A stretch of 63,911 bases of DNA, the filler included. It is 8 parts of 8 records of this genome, joined end to end, with 100 filler letters (N's around TTAATTAATTAA, not from the genome) between each part and the next. Parts side by side here need not be neighbours in the genome. Positions count along the whole stretch, not along the records: positions 34,461 to 42,344 come from SRR31156797_11365; positions 42,445 to 50,776 come from SRR31156797_11384; 6 more parts are not named here. One strand, given 5' to 3'. The position numbers and the translations under genes are program-made. The notes under the pieces were generated by a model. It made no database searches. It was not told where the DNA came from and saw only the letters and a program-made list of their open reading frames with translations. Below are positions 41,174 to 50,876 of this stretch, piece by piece. The number at the start of each line of letters is the position of its first letter. Position 1 is the stretch's first letter.

Positions 41174-42282
41174 GATTAGCCTTAGCTTGCATATTATTAT
41201 TTGTTTTTTCAGCTCACCTATTTTCGCAGAATAATACTTTTGTGCAATATAATAGTAACGGTTATGCTGTTTTTGAGGGCGTCATAACTGATAATGATAC
41301 CATTAAGGATGGAAGTTACCAATTCTATAAAGATTCATCTTATTTATATCAGGTAGGCAGATATGATAATGATATGATGGTAGGTTTATGGATAGTTTTT
41401 TATGAATCTGGAAGGATTAAGTCTACAATTACTTATAAAAATGGTGTCCGGGATGGTTTATCACGACATTTTTATTTTAACGGGGCAGTCTATAAAGAAT
41501 ATTTATATAATAATAACCAAAAAGAAGGTAGACAATTGATCTACAATATGGATAAGACAATTAGTGAGATTAATCATTTTGAAAATGGATTAAAAACCGG
41601 AATAGATTCTGTCTTTTATCCTAATGGTAATTTGAAAGAGATACAAGCATATCAAAACGGAAAAAAAGATGGTATTTACTATTCTTTTTATGAATCAGGA
41701 GAATTAAACTATAAAGGTTTTAAAGATACTTTGGGCTATTATGATAGTTTGTATGTTTTCTATGAGAATGGTGATATTAAGAGAACTGCATTTTATGTTA
41801 GTAACAAAATATCTGGTGATTTAAAAGTTTATTATAAGAATAATACTTTGAAAAGTATTTTAAGTTACAAAGAAGGCATTAGACAAGGGAATTCGCTTAC
41901 TTTTTATCCTAATGGTAAACTTGCTCAGTTTGGTGATTATAACAATGGACTTAGAACTGGTACCTGGTATTCCTATTATGTAAACGGATCGTTATTTTCT
42001 CAAGGTTCTTACATTAATAATAAATATGATGGTCCCTGGAAGCTTTATTTTCCAAATGGTAACATAAAGCAAGAAGGAAGTTACAAAAATGGTCTGCCAG
42101 TTGGCAAGTGGGAGTTCTATTACCAGAACGGAGTATTGCAGTATTCGGGTAACTATAGCATGGGAAGTAAAAATAATTTTTGGACCTGGTTTAATAATGA
42201 AGGATTTATTATACAAAAGGTTATTTATCTGAATGATAGAATTTTAAAAATTACCCAACCATCTCAAAAAGGATCAGAATAA
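41170..42282 (+). CDS. MORN-variant (YwqK-like) repeat exported protein
   Basis: About 13 repeats of YxNGxxxG..YYxNG; signal peptide; GTGA overlap with the upstream gene. Confidence 0.85.
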   Translation: MRLALACILLFVFSAHLFSQNNTFVQYNSNGYAVFEGVITDNDTIKDGSYQFYKDSSYLYQVGRYDNDMMVGLWIVFYESGRIKSTITYKNGVRDGLSRHFYFNGAVYKEYLYNNNQKEGRQLIYNMDKTISEINHFENGLKTGIDSVFYPNGNLKEIQAYQNGKKDGIYYSFYESGELNYKGFKDTLGYYDSLYVFYENGDIKRTAFYVSNKISGDLKVYYKNNTLKSILSYKEGIRQGNSLTFYPNGKLAQFGDYNNGLRTGTWYSYYVNGSLFSQGSYINNKYDGPWKLYFPNGNIKQEGSYKNGLPVGKWEFYYQNGVLQYSGNYSMGSKNNFWTWFNNEGFIIQKVIYLNDRILKITQPSQKGSE

Positions 42283-42315
42283 AAAAAAGCGACAACTTGT
42301 AGTTATCGCTTTTAG

Positions 42316-42344
42316 TGACTCAACTGGGGCTCGAACCCAGGACC
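42316..42344 (-). tRNA. tRNA 3' fragment (isotype uncertain, possibly Lys)
   Basis: Minus strand GGTCCTGGGTTCGAGCCCCAGTTGAGTCA gives a T-arm plus acceptor strand; cut by the contig end before the anticodon. Confidence 0.75.
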
Positions 42345-42444
42345 NNNNNNNNNNNNNNNNNNNNNNNNNNNNNNNNNNNNNNNNNNNNTTAATTAATTAA
42401 NNNNNNNNNNNNNNNNNNNNNNNNNNNNNNNNNNNNNNNNNNNN
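42345..42444. other. Artificial contig spacer
   Basis: N run with TTAATTAATTAA. Confidence 0.98.
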
Positions 42445-42461
42445 GATGTATCAAAAAGAAA

Positions 42462-43103
42462 CTAAAATTTATCTGTATAGTTTATGATCGCTAACAGCTT
42501 TCCTTCTTCAAATGTAATAATAGCTCTATCAGATTGAATTATATTACTCATTGTAATAGAACTTCCACGCTCAACAGTATAGTTAGTCAGCGGGTATTTG
42601 AAACCAGTTAACGTTATTTGCTTAACAACTTTATCAATAGGTATAAAAGATATTGTAGTATCAATCATATTCAGAAATTCGTTTCCACTTTGAACTAAAA
42701 ACATCTTTTCTCTATGATTAACAAATTTGATTTTAGGGTATTTCTCAAGTAGAAACAGATTAGATAAAAAATGATCAGTTCTTCCTCCCTGACCTCCTAA
42801 AATTATTATTTCATTATATTTATCATAAAATTTATTTATTATTAACTCACCATCAGTATAATCTTTTGCTATAGGATGTTTCTCAAAAGGAACACCTAAA
42901 GTTTTGAAATGTTTTTTAGCTTTTTTAGTTATTGAATCCAGATCACCTATTATTGATTTTGGAATTAAACCTAAATCAAGGGCATGATTGGCACCTCCAT
43001 CAGCACAATAGATATCATATTTGTTAGAATTACTATATTTTTTATAAACTTTTGATTTATTTTTAATTTTTCCATTTAGTATTATTACTGCTGTTTTATT
43101 CAT
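42462..43103 (-). CDS. thiN: Thiamine pyrophosphokinase
   Basis: CADGGANH, IGDLDSI, KDYTDGE, GGRTDHFLSNL, GFKYPL..MSN; ATG at 43103 with GGAG RBS. Confidence 0.93.
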   Translation of the reverse strand: MNKTAVIILNGKIKNKSKVYKKYSNSNKYDIYCADGGANHALDLGLIPKSIIGDLDSITKKAKKHFKTLGVPFEKHPIAKDYTDGELIINKFYDKYNEIIILGGQGGRTDHFLSNLFLLEKYPKIKFVNHREKMFLVQSGNEFLNMIDTTISFIPIDKVVKQITLTGFKYPLTNYTVERGSSITMSNIIQSDRAIITFEEGKLLAIINYTDKF

Positions 43104-43156
43104 TTTTTCTCCAGTCGTAAATAGTTGAGTGCTTTGTAAAATATAAATTTGAGCAT

Positions 43157-43186
43157 AAAAAAAAGTTCCCACTAAAAAGCGAGAAC
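43157..43186 (-). terminator. Riboswitch expression-platform terminator
   Basis: GTTCTCGC-TTTTTA-GTGGGAAC-T8 between the TPP aptamer and thiN. Confidence 0.75.
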
Positions 43187-43213
43187 AATTAATCATAATA
43201 TATTAATCTATTT

Positions 43214-43292
43214 ACTCACTTCCTGCGATAGCATTACCTATGTCAGGTTCTGGGGTATGTTCTCAGCTATAATAAGCACCCCCGGAGGTATA
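43214..43292 (-). ncRNA. TPP riboswitch
   Basis: GGGGTGC..GCTGAGA..ATACCC..GAACCTGA..GGTAATGC..GCAGGAAG core upstream of thiN. Confidence 0.92.
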
Positions 43293-43335
43293 TTGTTAGA
43301 TAATTATATTATAAAATATATAATTTTACAAGGAA

Positions 43336-44214
43336 TTATTTTGTAGTATATTTTACGTTAACTACTATTCTCTCATCAACTTGTGAACCGTTCAAAACGT
43401 CAACTGCAGCCTTTACTCCTAAATAACCCATTAATTCAGGATCTTGCTCTATTGTTCCTTTCAAGATTCCATTTTCCAGTCCTGCTTTGATATCATCACT
43501 AAAATCAAAACCAATTACTTCTATCTGACCTTTTAAATTATATTTTTCTATAAGTTTTAGAATTCCAACAGTAGATGATTCGTTTGGACAGAATATTGCG
43601 TCTATATCTTTATTGTTTTCTATAACTTTATCAAGACTTCTATAAGTTGTACCGACAGTTGCACCACCATATTCATCAATTGCAATACTTAACCCTGCCT
43701 CTTTCATTGCTTCAACAAAACCAGCTTCTCTCAAATCAGTGGATGAATTCCCTTTGTTATATCTTGTTAACATTATTTTACTATTTTTATCTACTAATTT
43801 TGCTAACTCTTCCCCGGCTCTTTTCCCCGCTAAAAAATTATCTGTTGCAATAAAACTTTTGTGATAATCTCCTGCAACAGCTGAATCAATTATGACAACT
43901 TCAATTCCTTTATCAACAGCTTTTTTAACAACATCTTTTAGTGCTTCTTTTTGATTAGGTGCTAATACAATAGCATCCACATTTTTTCGTATGAATAACT
44001 CAACTAATTTGATTTGTGATGCAGTATCATCATCATATTTTGGCCCTCTAACCTGAACATCAACATTTAGATCTTGCCCTGCACTTTCTGCACCTTTTTT
44101 TACAGATTTCCAAAACTCATGTGAGCTTCCTTTTGGAATAACAGCAATTGATATGGCAGATGCAGATAAACCTAATAACATAAATAACATTGTTGCAAAT
44201 AATATTTTTTTCAT
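43336..44214 (-). CDS. Sugar-type ABC substrate-binding protein (RbsB-like), orphan
   Basis: IAVIPKG..HEFWKSVKKGA, VDAIVLAP, IATDNFLAG, GFD, EQDPELMGYLGV. Confidence 0.88.
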   Translation of the reverse strand: MKKILFATMLFMLLGLSASAISIAVIPKGSSHEFWKSVKKGAESAGQDLNVDVQVRGPKYDDDTASQIKLVELFIRKNVDAIVLAPNQKEALKDVVKKAVDKGIEVVIIDSAVAGDYHKSFIATDNFLAGKRAGEELAKLVDKNSKIMLTRYNKGNSSTDLREAGFVEAMKEAGLSIAIDEYGGATVGTTYRSLDKVIENNKDIDAIFCPNESSTVGILKLIEKYNLKGQIEVIGFDFSDDIKAGLENGILKGTIEQDPELMGYLGVKAAVDVLNGSQVDERIVVNVKYTTK

Positions 44215-44638
44215 TTGTTTCCTCCTTCGAATTGTTTTTCAAAGTCAAAATGCTGTTTATGAATTTTGAATTAAAAAATCCTTCAGTTTGACTTTAATTA
44301 GAAAAATAGTCCCCTTAATTAAGAACTTACTAAACTAAGATTGAATATCCTCTATAATTTATTATATTTCATTTTTAATCAAAAATCAACCATAATAAAT
44401 CATTTTCAATCAATTTGAATCAAAAACAGTCAAAAATGCGCAAAATATCAGGAAATGAACTTTGAGAATTAATAAAAAATAAATAATTATAATAAAATCA
44501 GGAAATAAAAAGAGGATAATTAAATAAGACTTTGTATAATATTAGAAAATATTATTAAGGATTTTTTTTGTTAATTAATCGGCAATACCGTTTGCACACA
44601 TCATCCTAATTTATATTAGCATCGGAGGTATTAATATT

Positions 44639-45520
44639 ATGATAGGTTTTAAAAGAAAAGGGAAGAAAAACGATACGGATCACAGCTTATCTGCTAATGT
44701 ATCGGCATGTAAACATTCGTATGATAAGTTAATTGAATTAGAAGCTAAAGAGTATGAAGTTAATTCTAAATTAGTTAATATGAAAATTAACTTAAATGCA
44801 TTAGCTGAAAAACGTGATGAGTTGAAGGAAAGCATTTTGGTAGATAAGAAGAAATTTATGTCAACAGATGAAATGGGAGATTTTTCAATTACAGAGGAAA
44901 TCGTTGAACTTCAAAAGCAATATGCCGAAACTCAGGTAGAGTATAAGGAAGAGGATAAGGCTTTTAAAGAATTAAAAGCTGAACTTAAAACTATCAGAGA
45001 GGAGCAAAAATCAGAGCAAAAAAGAATAAAATCAGTAATTAGTGATAACTCTAATGAATTAGGTGAAATTGATATAGAGGTCGCTGAAGCAGTTATTACA
45101 GAAAATGAGCAAAAAAGTCTGGAAACAGTCGAAGGGGATAATATAGTAACAAGGTATACAAATTATCACGCTAAAATTAAAGATTTTAAAATTTCTGAAT
45201 TTGAAGCAAGTGTCAAAAAATTAGAAATTTTAGAGCCTCTTAATCAAATGATAAGTCAGGATAAATTTATCAGTGATAGAGTAATTGAATTAAGAAAGAA
45301 TCTAAATGATTTAACTGATGAAGATTTTTTAACTAATCAAACTCTATGGCAGGAACTATCAAAACTTAAAGATAAATATGTTGAGCTTAAGGAAAAAATT
45401 ATTAATAAAAGAGAAGAATATAAAGAAGTGGCAGTTCAGTTAAGCGACACTTTTGCGAAAAAACAATATGTTTTTGAAATTATCAAAACAATTGAAACTG
45501 ACCATCCAGAGAAATTTTAG
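44639..45520 (+). CDS. Hypothetical coiled-coil protein
   Basis: Long E/K-rich heptad-like ORF with GGAGG RBS; no recognised domain. Confidence 0.7.
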   Translation: MIGFKRKGKKNDTDHSLSANVSACKHSYDKLIELEAKEYEVNSKLVNMKINLNALAEKRDELKESILVDKKKFMSTDEMGDFSITEEIVELQKQYAETQVEYKEEDKAFKELKAELKTIREEQKSEQKRIKSVISDNSNELGEIDIEVAEAVITENEQKSLETVEGDNIVTRYTNYHAKIKDFKISEFEASVKKLEILEPLNQMISQDKFISDRVIELRKNLNDLTDEDFLTNQTLWQELSKLKDKYVELKEKIINKREEYKEVAVQLSDTFAKKQYVFEIIKTIETDHPEKF

Positions 45521-45673
45521 TAATTAAACTATTAATCATATATATTTCCACCATATATTTATGTTAATTTGTATTGCTTTTTTTAATAAACTATGCTATT
45601 CTAATTATACAAAAATAATAAAAAACTACTACAAAGTTTTGAGTTAAATGCAATTAATTTGGAGGAAAAATAA

Positions 45674-45724
45674 ATGTTTTACACTAATTTTGGGATAGCT
45701 ATTCATCATCACAACCATAGATAA
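45674..45724 (+). CDS. His-rich attenuator leader peptide MFYTNFGIAIHHHNHR
   Basis: GGAGG RBS, 16 sense codons with 4 His among the last 6; upstream of a terminator and an amino-acid ABC operon. Confidence 0.85.
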   Translation: MFYTNFGIAIHHHNHR

Positions 45725-45836
45725 TTAGAGTTTGTTTTCATAGGTATTTTGGGTACCATAGAGACAGGCTCGGTAGATAAAATCGATCTGTAACTATGGG
45801 TGAGTCTGAATGATGTAAACATTTAATTTACAATAA

Positions 45837-45865
45837 GCCACCTGTTTGTCAGGTGGCGTTTTTTT
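45837..45865 (+). terminator. Attenuator terminator
   Basis: GCCACCTG-TTTGT-CAGGTGGC-GTTTTTTT. Confidence 0.85.
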
Positions 45866-45998
45866 ATGTATTGGGAAAGTATAAACATAAATTCAAGTTT
45901 CTTGCTCAAATTTTGTCTGTTTTTAAAAAAGCTTCTTGAAATATAAAATTATTAAACATGAAGCTTTAAAATTTATTTATAATATTAGGAGGGCGTTT

Positions 45999-46814
45999 AT
46001 GAAAAAGGTAACATTATTACTACTAGTGTCAGTTTTACTTGCATCACTTTCTATCACATCTTTTGGTTTCTTTGGTAAAAACAAGGATTCTTTTGGGGAG
46101 ATTCAAAAGAAAGGTGTTCTTGTCGTTGGATTAGATGATACTTTTGCACCAATGGGATTCAGAGACAAAGAAGGAAACATAGTTGGTTTTGATATCGATT
46201 TAGCAAAAGCAGTTGGAGAAAAGTTAGGTTTAGAAGTACAATTCAAGCCATGTGAGTGGAGCGGAATTATATTTGAACTTAAAAGTAAAAATATTGATGT
46301 TGTTTGGAATGGTATGACTATCACAGAGGAAAGACAAAAACAAATTGCTTTCTCGAAACCATACTTTGCAAATGATCAAATTATCGTAACTCTTGCAGAT
46401 TCTTCTGTTAAGTCAAAAGCAGACTTAAAAGGAAGAAAAATAGGTGTTCAATTAGGAAGTAGTGCTGATAATGCAGTAAGAGAAGATGCAATTGCCGGAG
46501 AAATCAAAGACGTAAGAAAATATGATACTTACTCAGAAGCAATACTTGACCTTGAAGCTAAAAGAGTAGATGCAGTAGTTATCGATGCAATCTATGCTAG
46601 ATATGCAGTTGCTAAAAAAGAACAAAGAGCTGGAAAAAAATTATTTAGTGTAGCATCAGGTAATTTTGGTGATGAGCAATATGGAATTGGAATTAGAAAA
46701 CAAGATAAAAAATTAGTTGAGGCAATTAACAATGCTTTAAACGAAGCTATTGCTGATGGAACAGCAGCTAAAATCTCTAAAGAGTGGTTTGGGGAAGACG
46801 TAGTTTTAAGATAG
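45999..46814 (+). CDS. Polar amino acid ABC transporter substrate-binding protein (histidine predicted from the leader)
   Basis: VGLDDTFAPMGF, GFDIDLAK, WNGMTITEER, IGVQLGSS; ATG at 45999 with AGGAGG RBS. Confidence 0.92.
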   Translation: MKKVTLLLLVSVLLASLSITSFGFFGKNKDSFGEIQKKGVLVVGLDDTFAPMGFRDKEGNIVGFDIDLAKAVGEKLGLEVQFKPCEWSGIIFELKSKNIDVVWNGMTITEERQKQIAFSKPYFANDQIIVTLADSSVKSKADLKGRKIGVQLGSSADNAVREDAIAGEIKDVRKYDTYSEAILDLEAKRVDAVVIDAIYARYAVAKKEQRAGKKLFSVASGNFGDEQYGIGIRKQDKKLVEAINNALNEAIADGTAAKISKEWFGEDVVLR

Positions 46815-46929
46815 TATAAAAGAATAATTAAGATAATTGTGATGAGGTATTTTGTACCTCATCCAATGTTTTAAGTACATTTTGTCAAGTGTACTTAAGG
46901 CATTGAATGTTACGGAAATGAGAGGATGA

Positions 46930-47577
46930 ATGTTTATGAATGAAATTATGAATATGACAAGTTATATTCTTAAAGGTCTTAGTGTAACTTGTAGTTTATA
47001 TGTAGCAACATTTCTTTTTGCTGTACCTTTAGGAATTGTTCTTGCATTAGCTTCAGTATCAAAATATAATTGGATTAAAAGGGCGATAACGTTTTACACT
47101 TGGATATTTAGAGGAACGCCACTACTATTACAATTATTTTTTGTTTATTATGGACTTCCAATATTTGGGATAACTTTATCACCATTTGGAGCTTCAACAC
47201 TTACATTTGTTGTTAATTATACTGCTTATCTTATTGAAATATTTAGAGGTGGATTAGAGAGTATAGATAAAGGACAGTATGAAGCATCAAAAGTTCTAGG
47301 ACTTACATACGCACAAACAATGAAAGAAGTTATATTACCTCAGGCTGTAAGGAGAGTACTGCCTTCATTATCAAATGAAGCGATTACTTTAATCAAAGAT
47401 ACAGCATTAATTTCAGTAATTGGTATGGCTGAAATATTAAGAAACTCAAAAGAGATAGTAAGTAGAGAGTTTACTATTATTCCATTCTTTATTGCTGCAG
47501 TTATATATTTGCTACTAAGCTCAGTGATAGTTATGGGGTTCAAATATATTGAAAAGAAAAATAAGGTGATGTTATAA
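46930..47577 (+). CDS. Amino acid ABC transporter permease
   Basis: FRGTPLLLQL, EIFRGG..GQYEA..LG, LIKDTAL. Confidence 0.95.
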   Translation: MFMNEIMNMTSYILKGLSVTCSLYVATFLFAVPLGIVLALASVSKYNWIKRAITFYTWIFRGTPLLLQLFFVYYGLPIFGITLSPFGASTLTFVVNYTAYLIEIFRGGLESIDKGQYEASKVLGLTYAQTMKEVILPQAVRRVLPSLSNEAITLIKDTALISVIGMAEILRNSKEIVSREFTIIPFFIAAVIYLLLSSVIVMGFKYIEKKNKVML

Positions 47578-48326
47578 TGGGAATTATTGAATGTGTAAAC
47601 GTAGATAAATATTTTGGCGAAAATAAAGTTCTTGATAATTTGAATTTTAGTTTGGATCAAGGAGATGTTATATCCGTTATTGGACCATCTGGAAGTGGGA
47701 AATCAACACTTTTAAGAACGCTTATTCAATTGGAAGAGGCTAATAGTGGGAAAATAATCATAGAAGGAACTCCTATATATGATCATGACAATTTAATTGA
47801 TAAAAAAGAAAAAAGAAAAGTTATGTTAAAAATGGGAATGATTTTTCAGAGTTTTAATCTATTTCCGCATAAAACAGTTCTAGGAAATATATGTGAACCA
47901 TTAATATTAGTTAGAAAAATGAAAAAGGCAGAAGCACTGAATACTGCGATGAATTTACTAAAAAAAGTATCTTTAGCTGATAAAGGAGATTCATATCCTA
48001 GTGAATTAAGTGGAGGTCAAAAGCAAAGAGTTGCAATAGCAAGAGCACTTGCATTGGACCCTGATATTATTCTGTTTGATGAACCAACAAGTGCGTTAGA
48101 TCCGGAATTAGTCGGAGAAGTATTAAACGTAATAAAAGAGTTAGCTGGTAGTAATATCACTATGTTAATAGTAAGTCACCAAATGGGATTTGTAAAAGAG
48201 ATATCTGATAAAATTATTTTTATGGATAAAGGTAAAATAATTGATATCAATTCACCGGATAAAATGTTCAATAACTCAGAGAATGAAAGAGTAAGAGATT
48301 TTCTAAGTAGTATACAAGAGTATTAA
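47577..48326 (+). CDS. Amino acid ABC transporter ATP-binding protein
   Basis: GPSGSGKST, LSGGQKQRVAIARAL, FDEPTSALDPE. Confidence 0.96.
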   Translation: MGIIECVNVDKYFGENKVLDNLNFSLDQGDVISVIGPSGSGKSTLLRTLIQLEEANSGKIIIEGTPIYDHDNLIDKKEKRKVMLKMGMIFQSFNLFPHKTVLGNICEPLILVRKMKKAEALNTAMNLLKKVSLADKGDSYPSELSGGQKQRVAIARALALDPDIILFDEPTSALDPELVGEVLNVIKELAGSNITMLIVSHQMGFVKEISDKIIFMDKGKIIDINSPDKMFNNSENERVRDFLSSIQEY

Positions 48327-48481
48327 GATAAGGACCTCCAATAAATTTGGAGGTCTTCAATTTTTTTGATAATTATACTTTTAATATATGATTGGATTCA
48401 TTTTTTGAATCGTTGTAAATATTGACACCATTAATCATAAATGGTAATATTATTCATATAATTAATATACGGAGGTGTCAT

Positions 48482-49609
48482 ATGAGGTTCAGAAATTTAA
48501 AGGTTATTATGATTTTAGTAAGTTTGTTTGTGGTAAGTTTAACATCATTAGCAGGTGAGATTAGAGTGGGTGTAATTTTACCTATATCAGGTCCATTAGC
48601 TGCATTTGGTCAAGCAACTGTTCGTGGAGTCCAATTAGCTGCAAAAGAGATTAATGAAGCTGGTGGAATTGACGGAGATGAAGTTGTTTTATTAATTGAG
48701 GATAACAAAGGGGATTCAGCTGAATCAGTTGCTGCAGTAAAGAAATTAATAGCAGTAAATAAAATTGATGTTTTAGTAGGGTGTGTAACTAGTACGAATA
48801 CTTTAGCAATAGGGCCAATTGCTCAACAATCAGGAATTCCATTAATTGCTCCTACAGCAACTAATGTAAAAGTTACAGAAATTGGAGAATATATCTCAAG
48901 AGCTTGTTTCATTGATCCGTTCCAAGGTTTAGTAATGGCAAACTTTGCATCAAAAAATCTAGACGCAAAAACAGCAGTGATTTTCAGAGATATTAATAGT
49001 GATTATAGTGAAGGTTTAGCTGAAGAGTTTGAAACAACTTTCTCAAAAAATGGTGGTAAAATAATTGGTGAAGTTAACTACTTAGCAAATGATATGGATT
49101 ATAGTTCACAGATTACAAAAATTAAAATACTTAAGCCTGATGTAGTATTTTTACCGGGATATTATAATGATGTTGCATTAATCTTAAAGCAAGCTCAAGA
49201 TTTAAAAATTAAAACATCATTCCTAGGTGGAGATGGTTGGGAAAATACAAAGTTAATTGAAATAGCAGGAAGAGCAGCAGATGGGAACTATTTTAGTACA
49301 GCTTTCTCAGCTGAAAGTGATTCTTCAATTGTTCAAAACTTTATCTCAAACTATTTTGATGAATACTTTGAAGATGCAGATTCATTAGCAGCTTTAGGTT
49401 ATGATGCAACTAACATGATGTTCGCGGCAATAGACAGAGCAAACTCTACAGATGGGATCAAAGTTAAAGATGCTTTAGTTTCAACTAAAAATTTCCAAGG
49501 TGTAACAGGTAATATTACTTTAGATTCAAATAGAAATGCAGTTAAAAGTGCAATAATCAATAAAGTTGAAGCAAGTTCATTTAAGTTTGAAACAGAAGTA
49601 CAACCTTAA
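48482..49609 (+). CDS. Branched-chain amino acid (LivK-like) substrate-binding protein, orphan
   Basis: IRVGVILPISG, EINEAGGIDG, RACFIDPFQG, GGDGW, FQGVTGNITLD; ATG at 48482 with GGAGG RBS. Confidence 0.9.
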   Translation: MRFRNLKVIMILVSLFVVSLTSLAGEIRVGVILPISGPLAAFGQATVRGVQLAAKEINEAGGIDGDEVVLLIEDNKGDSAESVAAVKKLIAVNKIDVLVGCVTSTNTLAIGPIAQQSGIPLIAPTATNVKVTEIGEYISRACFIDPFQGLVMANFASKNLDAKTAVIFRDINSDYSEGLAEEFETTFSKNGGKIIGEVNYLANDMDYSSQITKIKILKPDVVFLPGYYNDVALILKQAQDLKIKTSFLGGDGWENTKLIEIAGRAADGNYFSTAFSAESDSSIVQNFISNYFDEYFEDADSLAALGYDATNMMFAAIDRANSTDGIKVKDALVSTKNFQGVTGNITLDSNRNAVKSAIINKVEASSFKFETEVQP

Positions 49610-49679
49610 GAAGTAATTAGAAATAAATAATTTTCGAATAAAATAATACATATAAAAAGAGAGATGTTCGCATCTCTCT

Positions 49680-50669
49680 TTAAATTTTTTCTATTATTTG
49701 AATTATTTTCTTTTCAGTATCCATAAATGCTTTTGCCCCAAGTGGCAAAGTAATCATTGGACTGGCATGACCAGCTTGAACATTATATATAATAGGTTTG
49801 TCTTTTGCTTTTGCAATCTCAAATACATCTAATAAAGTAAATGGTGTATCTTGTCCATGATAATCTTTGAAATTACCAAAGATTATCCCTGCTGCATCAT
49901 CAAATTTACCGGCAAGTCTGAGCTGAGTAAGCATTCTGTCAATTTCAAATACTCTTGATCCGGACTCCTCGATGAAAAAGAGTTTTCCTTTAGTATCCAC
50001 TTCATATGGAGTTCCCAATGTAGAGATAAGCATCGTCAAATTACCACCAACAATTCTACCTGTTGCAACTCCCGGAACTAATGTTTTCATTGTAATATTA
50101 TCAGGATTTAGAACTCTTCCAATTTTTCTATTTTTCATGACAGTATCAAAGAAACTTTTATGAGAAAAAGTATCAAGCCCATAATAAAAATTTGAAGCAG
50201 CCATAGGTCCGTGATATGTTATTAAGCCCGATAATTGATTAATTGCAACATGAACAGCAGTAATATCACTATATCCTACGAAAATTTTTGGATTTTTTCT
50301 GATTAATTCATAATCAATTTGATCCAAAATTCGGGGACTTCCATAACCACCACGTAATGATATAATCGCCTTAACACTTGAATCACTGAATGCATCATGC
50401 AAGTCCTGTAATCTGACTTCATCTTTACCAGCCAGATATCCATAATTGACATAGCAGCTTTTACCAAATTTAACTTTAAATCCTAAAGTCTTCAGTTTTT
50501 TTTCAATCTCATCTAATTTATTGATCGAGGCATTTGTACCTAAACCAATAACCATGATTGTATCATTCCAGCGAAGTCTGGGAGGTGTAATCATTTTATT
50601 TTCATTTTTTGAAAAACTTATTAAATTAATCAATAAGAGTAAAATAACAATAATTTTTTTTTGTTTCAT
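49680..50669 (-). CDS. LD-carboxypeptidase (peptidase S66) with N-terminal signal peptide
   Basis: RGGYG, GYSDIT (catalytic Ser), GGNL, FIEE, AGH. Confidence 0.92.
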   Translation of the reverse strand: MKQKKIIVILLLLINLISFSKNENKMITPPRLRWNDTIMVIGLGTNASINKLDEIEKKLKTLGFKVKFGKSCYVNYGYLAGKDEVRLQDLHDAFSDSSVKAIISLRGGYGSPRILDQIDYELIRKNPKIFVGYSDITAVHVAINQLSGLITYHGPMAASNFYYGLDTFSHKSFFDTVMKNRKIGRVLNPDNITMKTLVPGVATGRIVGGNLTMLISTLGTPYEVDTKGKLFFIEESGSRVFEIDRMLTQLRLAGKFDDAAGIIFGNFKDYHGQDTPFTLLDVFEIAKAKDKPIIYNVQAGHASPMITLPLGAKAFMDTEKKIIQIIEKI

Positions 50670-50776
50670 AACTTTCTCCTCAAAAAATAGAACTAATTAT
50701 AATGAATGTTGTAAATATTGGCACATTTGAGCAAAATATGCTGATAATTTAACAGCTGTTCTTGCGAAATAATGTG

Positions 50777-50876
50777 NNNNNNNNNNNNNNNNNNNNNNNN
50801 NNNNNNNNNNNNNNNNNNNNTTAATTAATTAANNNNNNNNNNNNNNNNNNNNNNNNNNNNNNNNNNNNNNNNNNNN
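50777..50876. other. Artificial contig spacer
   Basis: N run with TTAATTAATTAA. Confidence 0.98.

Noticed and set aside
41170-42282. Calling the MORN-variant protein a toxin-antitoxin antitoxin (YwqK)
   Set aside because: It has a signal peptide and no adjacent toxin; the label reflects only the repeat family.
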